Positions 49,301 through 62,219 of a stretch of DNA of 64,000 nt are shown one piece after another. This DNA comes from Octopus sinensis. Taxonomy: Eukaryota. The stretch lies in contig NC_043014.1 of assembly GCF_006345805.1 (NCBI RefSeq), positions 27,838,001-27,902,000 of the forward strand, read 5' to 3'. Under the pieces are notes generated by a model, which saw only the letters and a program-made list of their open reading frames with translations, ran no database searches and was not told where the DNA came from. Made by a program: the position numbers and the translations under genes. The stretch's first letter is position 1. Each line of letters begins with the position of its first letter.

Positions 49301-52300
49301 TACAGTATTGATTTGTCATTTAGGTTTGGAGGCTAATACATATTTGTCAAATGCACACTACTACCTACCATGGTGTATTCTTTCTCTTCTTCCTCTAATT
49401 GAACTGAACCAGTCAGAATATAGGGCTAATACAAACTATCAACACTGCAACAAGTCAACTAGCCTACTTCTAAGTGTGATTTTACATTTTTTTAATTGCA
49501 GTTCTTTGAAATGTTTTCTTTTGACAAGAAAGTTTGTAGGAAGCCTTAATTGTTCTATGGAGCAAGAAATTACTGCGTAGATAGTACAAAATATTGCCCT
49601 CAGTCAATAGTGACTCTTAGTCATTATTGAGAAAGTGCAATAGTTTAGTTGATTAAGTATTGAACCAGTGTTTGATCTGTAACTAATGATGCTATTGTCA
49701 ACAAATAGTAATAAGAAAGGTAAAATAATCATGTTATCTTCCAACACTATATATATTCCCCCTTCCCATTGAATTTGTCAGGCAGCAGGACACATGAAAG
49801 CAAAGTATAGACAACTTGATGATGGAAAGTACTGAACTAACAAAAAAAAATAGTTTAGGTTACTAAGAGAGAACTTTTTCTCTCCTGCCTGGATTTGCTT
49901 TTGTTACATATTTACTACAATTTTTGTTTAGTTGTCTACAAGTCGTTCTTTAACTGTAATGCTTTTTAAGGTAAGAGCAGTTGTATGAGGATGTGTACAC
50001 ACATGAAGGTAGTAATTCCAAATAAAAGATGTGAACCTTTACAGCCATCCAGAATATGTTAAGGTTACAGTTAAGTCTTATGAAAAAACAAAACAAAAAC
50101 GTAAGTTTCAAATTCAATTTGATTTTTATTCATTTTGACAAATAAATATATTGAACAAAGAAATGGCATTGTGTGGAAACAAAGAAAGCATTGAATGTGT
50201 TTGTGCATCAACATATATGAAAGATCATTCGACATTGTGATTCATTCTATATCAGAAAAGTATGCTCAACTGAATAAGTTGGGTAAGGACAACCAGCTGA
50301 GGGGTTTAAATAGCTCATATCCTACCATCAGTATTTTGCTGTCCCGAGCCAAGGTAGTTATTTCTTTCCTCAAAAGTTCATTTATAATCATAAGGTCCTA
50401 GGTTCAATTTCACTGTATGGCACCTTGAACAAAAATCTGACTTATTTTCAACTCAATCAAGGCCTTCTGAATGAAACTGAGACAGAAACTATGTGGAAGC
50501 CTACCAGATGGACTGCACCTGTAATTCAGCCTTGTCACACTGATTCTATCAGATTACATTAAAAAAACAAATGTTTATGCAGTCCTCAACCACTTACATT
50601 GTAATACAATAAGTAGGCAGTTTCACTCACTGATGTTAAAACTGATGCAAAAACCATTAAGTAGGTAACACAAATCTGTTTAGCTGAGCTCTATGATCAG
50701 TCCTGTTAAATTGACAAATTAGTTGTCTTGCAATGCAGAGTTTAATTTTATGAGTGGAAGAAATTACCTGCAAAAGAGCAATATCTTATCCCAAAATATA
50801 ATTATTCCTCATCCATTTGACACAAGAGTTAAGCATCGGTAATTTGAAAAGGATTAGCTTGTTAGCATTTATTTGTTCTGAGTCCACTTTAATGATGACA
50901 GAATCAGTTTTAAAAAGTCAGTTTTATGTACTTTGAAGCCCATAGGAAGAGATAAACTCAGCACTACAAGCTAATAAAATACATTTTACAGAAGTCAGGT
51001 GTACCTACCTTGTGATATCTATCTATAGCTCAATAACTAGACCCATAAGAAAAGTCTTTGTCACAGACACAACTTAGTGCCATGATATGAAATACTGACC
51101 CTCTGCAGATAAATTCAACTCTAGCAACAGAATGAATATCATGAACGTAGATATATTTATTGTGTACTGTCATTTTCCCTTCCCCATTAACAAAGGATGC
51201 TTATTTTCATTAGAAGAGAAAAGTAAATGTGATTTGATTCTTAGAAGGCTTCAGATTTAAGAGTAGAGGCGAAATGTTTGAGGTGCATATCTTCCTCAAG
51301 GATAACAGGGAAAATGGACTGAAACCAGGCCACTGATTCAATTTGTTAGAAGTGAACCCGTTCTATATTATTCCTTCAGAAGAAATTAATAAAAAATCTC
51401 CTATAAAGAATTTGTGGGTTTTTAACATAATTGTAAATACTGGTTTCTGTTTAATTACTCTCCATCATAGAATATCTTACGAAATTTTTGGAGTGCATTT
51501 ATATTGCATGTTTGTGAAGGAAGCTACAATAATATTTATAAGAGAAAAGTGCCCCAGTATTAGTGTATGTTGGTCTCTTGCTAGATTGAGATGATTAGTT
51601 CAATTTGTATGTACACTAAATGGTAAATTTATAGAAGACATCAATCTTCATTTAGTGTAGAAACCATGTTATGAGGTTCAGCTCTGCAAATTTTGAAGTT
51701 ACTCATCAATGAATGACTTCAAAATTTACTTACAGATGGGGTGTCAACTTTAACAATTTAATTCACAAAATCTGCAGTATGTCTGTTCAGACAGATATGA
51801 CTTGAACCGGTTAATAATTATGAGTTTACCAGCAACTAAATGCATATACATTAAAAGACCCCCCTTCCCATACTGTAGGACTCAAATTGAACGGTGTGAA
51901 AAGAGAAAAAGAAACTCATATATGATTACTATATGCTGACTACTATTTCTACAAGTGAGAGAACTAATTTAGAGGCTAACTTGCTGGTTCAGCAATATGA
52001 ATTTAATTTAATTTGTTGATCATAAAACAGATAGTTTTGCATAAGTAAACAGCATATAGAAATGATGATTTCTAACATAGGCACAATGCCATACATTTGG
52101 GAGGAGTTTGTCAAGTATTTATTTTATTAACATTACAGGATGACAGATATAGTTGATCTCAGTGAGAATTAAACTGAAAAGGTAAAGTTTTGTATGTAAA
52201 TATTGCAACAAATAAAAAATTTACAAGAACAGTTCTCAATAACAGATGTTATAGTTGATTAACTTCAGCTCAGAACATGGCTGGTACTTTATCTCATTGA

Positions 52301-53348
52301 CATTGGAAAGAATACAGGCAGAGTTGATGTTGGCAGGATTTGAACTCAGAATGTACAGATCATTAAATAGATACTGTAACAAATTAAAAGCAAACAATAA
52401 TAGTTTTCTAAAATATTTGTACAAGAATCTGAGAAATGTCTGAATTTTTAAAAAAATAATAAACAAAAAATTTAAATATAATGGACGGTACATATTAGTA
52501 CATAAGAGTAAATAAATAAATGAATGTGTATGCATGAAAAGATATTTTAAATGATCAAATGAAGATTAATGATGTTTGATCTAGTATATTTGTGTTTGTA
52601 TACTTCATAGAACCTAGGGTAGTTATAGTGATGGTAGCACAAGCATTGTTTACATCTTTACCACCACCATCATTATCATTATTTTAATGACCATTTGATA
52701 TAAGATGTTATACAGTTAACAATGATCATAAGAATTAGCAGAGAAAAAAGCCTGTGTGTATGAATTACTTACAAAAAGTTAATTTTTCGATCTGCCGTTC
52801 AAGGGGAAAAGATCCAAAAATATCAATTTTTCTGAAAGTTATGAGAGAACAAAATCGGTGGAGGACACACTTGTGTAGGAATGTCGATAGAAGTAATGAG
52901 AACTGACTGAATCTACCAAAAAAATTAGAAAATAAAATATCGACAATTCATTCTCGATATAGTTTCAAAACGATTCACCAAATTAGAGAGCTGCATTTGA
53001 CTATTGACCTGAAATAATAAAGTTTTAATAGTAGCAGTTTATTTTCTAAATTTATTGTCCAATTCTAGCATCTTTCATGATCAACACTTAATTTTTTTTT
53101 ACTTTACCAGAAGCATAAAAGCAAAAAAAAAAAAAAAAAACCAAAAGAAACGAAACAAAACGAAAAGAAAAGGACAAAGGAAAAGTCGCAACGATTAATG
53201 CAGAAAGTAAAGGGACAGAACTAAATTGTCGTAACATTTAAATATCAAACCTCGCGGCACGTATGCGTGATTATAAACTGTAGTTCTCTCCCTCGATTTT
53301 GTTCAGTTCACATAGCATTTGTGGTAATTTGGTACCTTGGAATAAACT

Positions 53349-53448
53349 ATGCCTAGCTTAGTTATCAATACCTCGGGCGAAAATCCCACAAGATTTCTTG
53401 TCCAAAGCTACTGAAATGATGTCGAAGCAGATTGGCAAACCATCAAAG
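53349..53448 (+). pseudogene. MIF: MIF copy 2: exon 1 only, 8-nt deletion, premature TGA at 53412
   Basis: atcaata[ctaattta]cctcggg is deleted, giving MPSLVINTSGENPTRFLVQSY*. The donor is intact, and there is no exon 2 or 3 of its own. Confidence 0.92.
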
Positions 53449-53539
53449 GTAAGTATGTTAAAGAGCGAATTATTTTATTTAAAGATTTGCGCGTGGTATT
53501 GATTGTTGAGTGGCACGAGCAGTTTTTACTTTTCTTTTT

Positions 53540-54256
53540 TTAGTTTATTTACCGTTTCAAAATATTAAAGTTCCCCTAACGAAGAAGGAAGTCCATCTAC
53601 ATCATTCCCACCTTTCTTTTTCTAGATATAGATTACTCTAAACTATATTAACCAATGTGTCCTTTTTTCTATAATGATAGGGCGTGATTTGATTGAGATT
53701 TATTTGGTATTTCAAGCAATTCTAACTTCTGCATTAGGACACCTTCGTTGTCTCGAAATATATGCTTGTTAATAAGGAGGATGAAAGAAAAAGAAAAGTA
53801 AAGTAAGAAAACCAAGTAAGTTATCGTGACATAAGGAAAAAGTCTACTGTCTCTATTTCCCAATCATTGTGTTTATCTATGACCACCCTAATAAACGTTT
53901 ATTAGGGTGGTCCTAGATAAACACAATGATTGGGAAATAGAGACAGTAGACTTTTTCCTTATGTCACAATAGCTTACTTGGTTTCATTCTATTTCTTTTC
54001 TTTTTCTTTCATCGTTCTTATTAACAAGCATATATTTCGAGACAACGAAGCTGTCCTAATGCGGAAGTTAGAATTGCTTGAAATACCAAATAAATCTCCG
54101 TCAAATCGCGCCCTATCATTATAGAAAAAAGTAGGACACATTGGTTAATACAGTTTAAAGTAATCTATATCTAGAAAAAGAAAGGTGGGAATGATGTAGA
54201 TGTACTTCCTTCTTCGTTAGGGGAACTTTAATATTTTGAAACGGTAAATAAACTAA
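53540..54256. repeat. Copy of the loop-less palindrome in MIF copy 2 intron
   Basis: Centre at 53896/53897, same structure as 39168-39884. Confidence 0.95.
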
Positions 54257-54825
54257 GACGTTTGGATTTGATTTGAGGAGATTGGGTTGCTATTTGGAAC
54301 AACATGCCACCAAGCAGTCGCTTTTTTTCTTTTTTGTTCGCAGTGACCGTTAGTTTTTTGTGATCGTTGCACCCAGTTTCGATTCCCCGTTGAAACTAAG
54401 CTCGATTCTGTACGAGCTAACAACAACCTCTACATAGCCTCCACTTTTCTAGAAATCAGAAATCTTTAATAGGGAAATGGTGCATTGCGTCTGTAGTGTA
54501 CCCCTAATGAGACGGGGTTGTCTCTACAAGTATAACTTTGGTCATAAATTTACAAGATCAGGGTTGAATTTGACCTTTTTTTAAATATAAAATCGTGAAA
54601 AATTTGTAAATGTTTGCTTTTCTTATTTTTATATGTGTTCCAAATGCTTATCTGAAAGAAAAGAAAAACACTATTTTACTTAAAGCTTTTACAAAGTTTA
54701 CAAATATTATTACGTTATCATAAGTGATAAAAATTCGGTAATTGTTCAGTTTAGTGATATTAAAAAATTACGGAGATGTACTCGCATAGCAAGGGATTTG
54801 ATCTGAGATCGTGTGCTGGAACGAA

Positions 54826-55003
54826 AACAATTGCAGCGTGGAAGGTTTTTGTAAGCCATTTAGGAAACACACAAAAGCCGTTCGATCCACTTCAACATTT
54901 AAGTTTAATTTGTCAAAATATTAAACTTAAATGTTAAAGTGAATCGAACGGCTTTTGTGTGTTTCTTAAATGGCTTACAAACACCTCCCACGCTGCAATT
55001 GTT
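54826..55003. repeat. Copy of the second intronic hairpin in MIF copy 2
   Basis: Same sequence as 40456-40632, with a few substitutions. Confidence 0.9.
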
Positions 55004-57220
55004 GATGTCAAAAAGTAAATAAAAAATGAAGGGGGAGATAACTAGTAAAGGAACGTGCATAAGTCAACATAAATATTGGTTATTATTTACTTTGGAATTG
55101 ATCAGATAGGCACGTGGAAAACCAGCGGGACCACAATTCATTGTTCGTGAAATTGAAATCGTCAACCATGAATCAATTTTGAAATATTACCTATTTAGCC
55201 GAATAAAAAGACCAGATTCTTCCAGTGGTTGGCAGGGCGACGACTAATAATGAATTTATACACGTGCAAAAATTGTAACTCTCCATGTTAGCTTACTGCA
55301 GTGTTAGTTGTTTAACAGTAAATTGACTTACGTATGGCCCTTTACTAGTTATCTCCCCCTTAATTTTTATTTACTTTTCTGATGTCACTAAACTGCGCAA
55401 GTACCAAAAATTCTTAATGTCTTTCAAGTAGTGAACTTAATGGTGAATTAATCGAAGCAGCCACTCTCCTTTTACAATCTATGGTTGTGCTCTAATTAAC
55501 AATTGATAATGGCAATCTGAATGCTAACAATTTTTTTTAATTTTATGAATTGCTGCAAAGTATACGAAATCCCAAGCCTGCTTCTCCACTCAATAGAATT
55601 TAGGACCCATTTCCCACTGGTTAAAATGAGGCTTTTATAGCTTAATGCATCTTTAGTAAATCAGTAGATTGTTTAATCTCTTTGTTGTCCTGACTGTTTT
55701 ACACATACTAATTATCATTTTCTGAATATTTTACGTTTATATTTTGAATATAACATCAGGATGTTGAGCACCTAGAGCAGCCCTATAAATTGCAAGCTCC
55801 TTCTCCCAGCTTTACAAAATGAGTCCTCTTTCTCAATATCTTCTGAAACAGTTAAAAAATTATCAACTAGTAAACAAGAAATCTATGGTTTTATGTTAAT
55901 GTATATCACTGTGTAAATCAGCAATAAGGCAAACTTTGAAATGTTTTACACCAAATCTTGTGACTGGTTATATTACAACACAACCCCCTCAGCTCCCCCA
56001 TTCTGCCCCTAATCTGTCCAGCAGTAAAATCATCTGCTCCCTTTATTATTAAGTTTTCGTATTTTTAATTGGATTGAAGTTTTTGTCTAAATTGTTTAAA
56101 AATATCTATGCCATCCTAGGTGATTGCCTCATTTCCTGGGTGTGAAAATATTGCAGAGCATAGTCATATAACTTTTAATCAAATAGATTCTCTTCATTTA
56201 AATTCTTGCTCGTTTTTCGTTCTTTGAAATTATATCAGAGAAAGTAGAGAGAGTTCTCCTTGTCTTTTATAGGCATTCCCAAATCTTTTGGTATTTAGCT
56301 TAAAATTGTGTTGGTCAAAGCCTGTAAGAAAGATTTAGATGAGAGAATTCTAATGGAGTTGCACTCCTAGAGAAGAGTACGGTAAAGCTTTTAGCTAAAA
56401 ATCTTGACAAGATGAAAGAGGATTAACAAACAAAATTAGGCAAGGTTGGACAGTATTCATGACCTCTGCAGGTTTTCGTAAACTGATGCCCAGCCCAAAC
56501 ATCTGCAGGAAAAAAAATGTGGGAGGAAATAGCTGAGGTATCTCGTTTGAATGCTTGGAATATGCTGGACATGTTTTCATAAGACCTAGAAGCAAGGAAC
56601 AGCACTTATTTGATGGTGATGTTCATTTATAACTATCAAGGGATGTGGAGACAAGGACACAGGTGTGTGTGCGCGCGCACACATAAATATGACTTTTCTT
56701 TCAGTTTCTACTTAACAAGTCCACTCACTAAGCTTTTCTTAGACTGCAGTGTGAGTGAACCTGAAATCTTGTGATTAGGAAGTAAAATTTTTAACCATAC
56801 TGTCAAGCCTGCACACAAGCACATGTGTGTGAAGCCGTCACATGATGTCATCTTATTGTGAGGCTTTTCATTTATAGTGACTTCACTTGTTCAAAAAGGA
56901 GGAAGGTTTTAATGTAACATGTATTGAATGTAGTTTTGTGCTATTGAGATATCGTTATTGTAATTCGTTTTCGAGGACTCTATTTGTAGCATGAGATGTC
57001 CTGGTGGCACTTGTGTATAGAAGGGTAAACAGGAATGAAGAGTATTATCATCTGCATTGAATTGTTTATAGTTATTAATAATAGTAAATTTGCCATTGGG
57101 AAGAATGTTGAAGGCATAATCAGTTGTTTCTGTATACAAAATTTAATGAGCTGGAAAATCTGACGTCAGTACAGAAAAAAAATTACGTGATGAATATCAA
57201 TATTTATGTGTGCGCGCCCA

Positions 57221-57249
57221 TTCTTCTTCTTCTTCTTCTTCTTCTTCTT

Positions 57250-57345
<96 letters not shown>
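57221..57345. repeat. Compound microsatellite, about (TTC)19(TTA)22
   Basis: Read directly, at the copy 2 / copy 3 junction. Confidence 0.95.
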
Positions 57346-57346
<1 letters not shown>

Positions 57347-58209
57347 CAGTATGATAGTAATCTACTCCCTCTGAATTTTATTTGTGGAAATTTTTATTCA
57401 GAAAATACTCAATTTTCTGAAAGAGGAAATAAATTTGGTTCATGTGAATTATCCTGAATGCCACCCGGTACCCTCCGAAAGCACTGTTCACAGTAAATTC
57501 CAGTATAGCATAATCTACATCACCAGAAAGGTGTTTGTAGAAAATTTCATTAAAAAATATCAATTTTTCTGAAAGTTATGAGAAGACAAATTCAGCTGAG
57601 GTCACACTTGTGTAAGAATATCAATGAGAACTGACTGAATCGGCCCAAAAATTTAGAAAATAAAATAGCTAGTTTTATTTGTTAGCCACGTGAGATTAAT
57701 TAAAAAATCGTTCAACACAAATTTTCTTTAGTTATTCGATTGTTTATATATTTAGTTCAAAAGATGTAGAGTAGAAGACTAAATTCATCGTCGATATATT
57801 TTCAAAACGATTCACCAAATTATAGAGCTGCATTTGACTATTGACCTGAATTAATAAAGTTTTAATAGTAGCAGTTTATTTTCTAAATTTCTTGCTCAAT
57901 TCTAGCATCTTTCATTATCAGCACTTGATTGTAGGTGTGTGTGTGTGGGATGGAGTATCGCATGAGTATCATGACTCTCATATTGATTACGAGAAGCATA
58001 AAATTAAGAAAAAAAAAACGTAAATAAAAAACGAAAGAAAGGAAAATCGCAACAATTAATGCAGAAAGTAAAGGGACATAACTAAATTGTCGTAACATTT
58101 AAATATCAAACCTCGCGGCACGGATGCGTGATTATAAACTATAGTTCTCTCCCTCGATTTTGTTCAGTTCACATAGCATTTGTGGTAATTTGGTACCTTG
58201 GAATAAACT

Positions 58210-58317
58210 ATGCCTATCTTAATTATCAATACTAATTTACCTCGGGCGAAAATCCCACAAGATTTCTTGTCCAAAGCTACTGAAATGATGTCGAAGCAGA
58301 TTGGCAAACCATCAAAG
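58210..58317 (+). CDS. MIF: MIF copy 3, exon 1 (MPILIINTNLPRAKIPQDFLSKATEMMSKQIGKPSK)
   Basis: 108 nt, open, donor |gtaagt. Confidence 0.92.
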
Positions 58318-59497
58318 GTAAGTATGTTAAAGAGCGAATTATTTTATTTGAAGATTTGCGCGTGGTATTGATTGTTGAGTGGCACGAGCAGTTTTTACTT
58401 TTCTTTTTTTAGTTTATTTACCGTTTCAAAATATTAAAGTTCCCCTAACGAAGAAGGAAGTCCATCTACATCATTCCCACCTTTCTTTTTCTAGATATAG
58501 ATTACTCTAAACTATATTAACCAATGTGTCCTTTTTTCTATAATGATAGGGCGTGATTTGATTGAGATTTATTTGGTATTTCAAGCAATTCTAACTTCTG
58601 CATTAGGACACCTTCGTTGTCTCGAAATATATGCTTGTTAATAAGGAGGATGAAAGAAAAAGAAAAGAAATTGAACGAAACCAAGTAAGCTATTGTGACA
58701 TAAGGAAAAAGTCTACTGTCTCTATTTCCCAATCATTGTGTTTATCTAGGACCACTCTAATCAACGTGTCTTGTCTTTTTAAGACGTTTGGATTTGATTT
58801 GAGGAGATTGGGTTGCTATTTGGAACAGAACATGCGACCAAGCAGTCGCTTTTCTTTTTTGTTCGCAGTAATCGTTGCACCCAGTTTCGATTCCCCGTTG
58901 AAACTAAGCTCGATTCTGTACGAGCTAACAACAACCTCTACATAGCCTCCACTTTTCTAGAAATCAGGTCCTACTATCTTTAATAGGGAAATGGTGCATT
59001 GCGTCTGTAGTGTACCCCTAATGAGACGAGGTTGTCTCTACAAGTATAACTTTGGTAATAAATTTACAAGATCAGGGTAGAATTTGACCTTTTTTTAAAT
59101 ATAAAAACATGAGAAATTTGTAAATGTTTGCTTTTCTTATCTTTATATATGTGTACCAAATGCTTATCTAAAAGAAAAGAAAAACACTACTCTACTTAAA
59201 GCTTTTACAAAATGTACAAATATTATTACGTTATCATAAGTGATAAAAATTCGGTAATTGTTCAGTTTAGTGATAGTAAAAAAAAAAAATGAAGGGGGAG
59301 ATAACTAGTAAAGGAACGTGCATAAGTCAACGTAAATATTGGTTATTATTTACTTTGAAATTAATCAGAAAGGCACGTGGAAAACCTGCGGGACCGCAAT
59401 TCATTGGGTTAAACTAAAGCGTTACACCATTCAAAGAAACAAAAAAAAAATGTGTGTAATAGGTGTAAAACAACTTCCTCTGAACGAATATGAAAAA

Positions 59498-59721
59498 AAA
59501 AAGACATGCCAGTTCATAAAAACATTCCTTCAGAATCAGATTCAAAAGGGCAAGGATATGGAAGGAACTTGAAAAATATGTGTCACTTGTGTTTTAAGCT
59601 CTGTCAGTCAGCAGCTGGTCTTAAAAATCATCTGAGGGCGCATCAACGGAGTGATTGTGTTGTGTGGTGTGTGTAGGTGTTGATGGGACGGCTATCACCA
59701 GTCAAGATGAAGCAATCATTA
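59498..59721 (+). mobile_element. 3' tail of the RTE family at 10325-11745, inserted only in MIF copy 3 intron 1
   Basis: Near-identical to ~11511-11745 and absent from copies 1 and 2. Confidence 0.85.
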
Positions 59722-62046
59722 AGTATAATCTAAGGTTGTGGTTTAATTAACAATTCATAATGGCAATCTAAATGCCAACAGTATTTGCAAAGTATATGAA
59801 ATCCCTAGCCTGCTTCTCCACTCAATAGAATTTAGGACCCATTTTCCACTGGTTAAAATGAGGCTTTTATAGCCTAATGTATCTTTAGTAAATCAGTAGA
59901 TTGTTTAATCCCTTTGTTGTCCTGACTGTTTCACACATACTAATTATCATTTTCTGAATATTTTACGTTTTTATTTTGAATATAATATCAGGATGTTGAG
60001 CACCTAGAGCAGCCCTATAAATTGCAAGCTCCTTCTCCCAGCTTTACAATATGAGTCCTCTTTCTCAATATCTTCTGAAACAGTTAAAAAATTATCAACT
60101 AGTAAACAAGAAATCTATGGTTTTACGTTAATGTATATCACTGTGTAAATCAGCAATAAGGCAAACTTTGAAATGTTTTACACCAAATCATGTGACTGGT
60201 TATATTACAACACAACCCCCTCAGCTCCCCCATTCTGCCCCTAATCTGTCCAGCAGTAAAATCATCTGCTCCCTTTATTATTTAGTTTTCGTATTTTTAA
60301 TTGGATTGAAGTTTTTGTCTAAATTGTTTAAAAATATCTATGCCATCCTAGGTGATTGCCTCATTTCCTGGGTGTGAAAATATTGCAGAGCATAGTCATA
60401 TAACTTTTAATCAAATAGATTCTCTTCATTTAAATTCTTGCTCGTTTTTCGTTCTTTGAAATTATATCAGAGAAAGTAGAGAGAGTTCTCCTTGTCTTTT
60501 ATAGGCATTCCCAAATCTTTTGGTATTTAGCTTAAAATTGTGTTGGTCAAAGCCTGTAAGAAAGATTTAGATGAGAGAATTCTAATGGAGTTGCACTCCT
60601 AGAGAAGAGTACGGTAAAGCTTTTAGCTAAAAATCTTGACAAGATGAAAGAGGATTAACAAACAAAATTAGGCAAGGTTGGACAGTATTCATGACTTCTG
60701 CAGGTTTTCGTAAACTGATGCCCAGCCCAAACATCTGCAGGAAAAAAAATGTGGGAGGAAATAGCTGAGGTATCTCGTTTGAATGCTTGGAATATGCTGG
60801 ACATGTTTTCATAAGACCTAGAAGCAAGGAACAGCACTTATTTGATGGTGATGTTCATTTATAACTATCAAGGGATGTGGAGACAAGGACACAGGTGTGT
60901 GTGCGCGCGCACACATAAATATGACTTTTCTTTCAGTTTCTACTTAACAAGTCCACTCACTAAGCTTTTCTTAGACTGCAGTGTGAGTGAACCTGAAATC
61001 TTGTGATTAGGAAGTAAAATTTTTAACCATACTGTCAAGCCTGCACACAAGCACATGTGTGTGAAGCCGTCACATGATGTCATCTTATTGTGAGGCTTTT
61101 CATTTATAGTGACTTCACTTGTTCAAAAAGGAGGAAGGTTTTAATGTAACATGTATTGAATGTAGTTTTGTACTATTGAGATATCGTTATTGTGATTCGT
61201 TTTTGTAGCATGAGATGTCCCAGTGGCACTTGTGTATAGAAGGGTAAACAGGAATGAATAGTATTATCATCTGCATTGAATTGTTTGTGGTTATTAGTAA
61301 CATTGGGAAGAATGTTGAAGGCGTAATCAGTTGTTTCTGTATACAAAATTTAATGAGCTGGAAAGACTGCCATCAGTACAGGCTTTGATAGAGCTGTGTG
61401 ATAAGAAACTTTTGATGTAAAAATGAGAGGAAGAGTGTCTGCAGTATAGAATTTAAAATGGAGGGAGTTTAAAACTGTTGAGTTATGAGGCTTTTGTGTT
61501 TGATAAGTTATCTTTCAAAATCATGATGAGTGTGTGGTTTAAAAGTTGTTCTTAAGAATTATATAATTTTCTATCTTTTCTAGCAAAAGCACAAGGTCTT
61601 AAATTTGGGTGAGGTTAGTTGATACCATCAAGCCCAATATTTGATTGCTACTTTATTTTATCAATCTCAAAAGGGTGTAAAGCGAAGTTGACTTCAGTAG
61701 GGTTTGAACACGGAATGTAAAGAACCAGAATTAAATACCAAAAGACAGATTTTCTGATGCTTCATTATTTTATTTGTATTATTTTGTCCTGTAATTTGAG
61801 AAGGAATAGCAGTTGTTGTGTAATCAATAACATAGTTGTCTGGCAACCTAAGGATACATGATTCAAGAGCTGTTAGTGGGCCTATTGCTTTCTTTCTTTT
61901 TATCTGCCTCAAATTGGTGTTTATGAGGTTTCAAATCATTTATTACTATTGTTGGAGTTATTGAAGGGAAGTTGCAAACTGTAATTGCTGAACTTTTTGT
62001 TATTATTGTTATTGCACTGTTAATGCTGCTATTATTGTTGTTACAG

Positions 62047-62219
62047 TATTTTACCATTTGTGTCCATCCTGACCTAATAATGAGCCATGGAGGGTCGGAT
62101 GACCCATGTGCTTCAGTTTATGTTGCTTCTATTGGAAAACTAGGGCCAGATGTCAACAAGGACCATTCAGCAAATATTGGAAGCTTTATCCATGAAACTT
62201 TAAAGATTCCAATGGACAG
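62047..62219 (+). CDS. MIF: MIF copy 3, exon 2 (YFTICVHPDLIMSHGGSDDPCASVYVASIGKLG...PMDR); exon 3 expected ~24 nt beyond the window end
   Basis: 173 nt, ttacag| and |gtatgt. The window end aligns to copy 1 position ~45695. Confidence 0.93.

Larger units (their letters stand above)
52771..57173 (+). repeat. Duplicated segment carrying MIF copy 2 (homologous to ~38393-43052)
   Basis: Near-identical promoter, exon 1 and most of intron 1. Homology stops before exon 2. Confidence 0.93.

Noticed and set aside
51245-51335. Short open frame EGFRFKSRGEMFEVHIFLKDNRENGLKPGH after an AG
   Set aside because: No partner exons and no recognisable homology.
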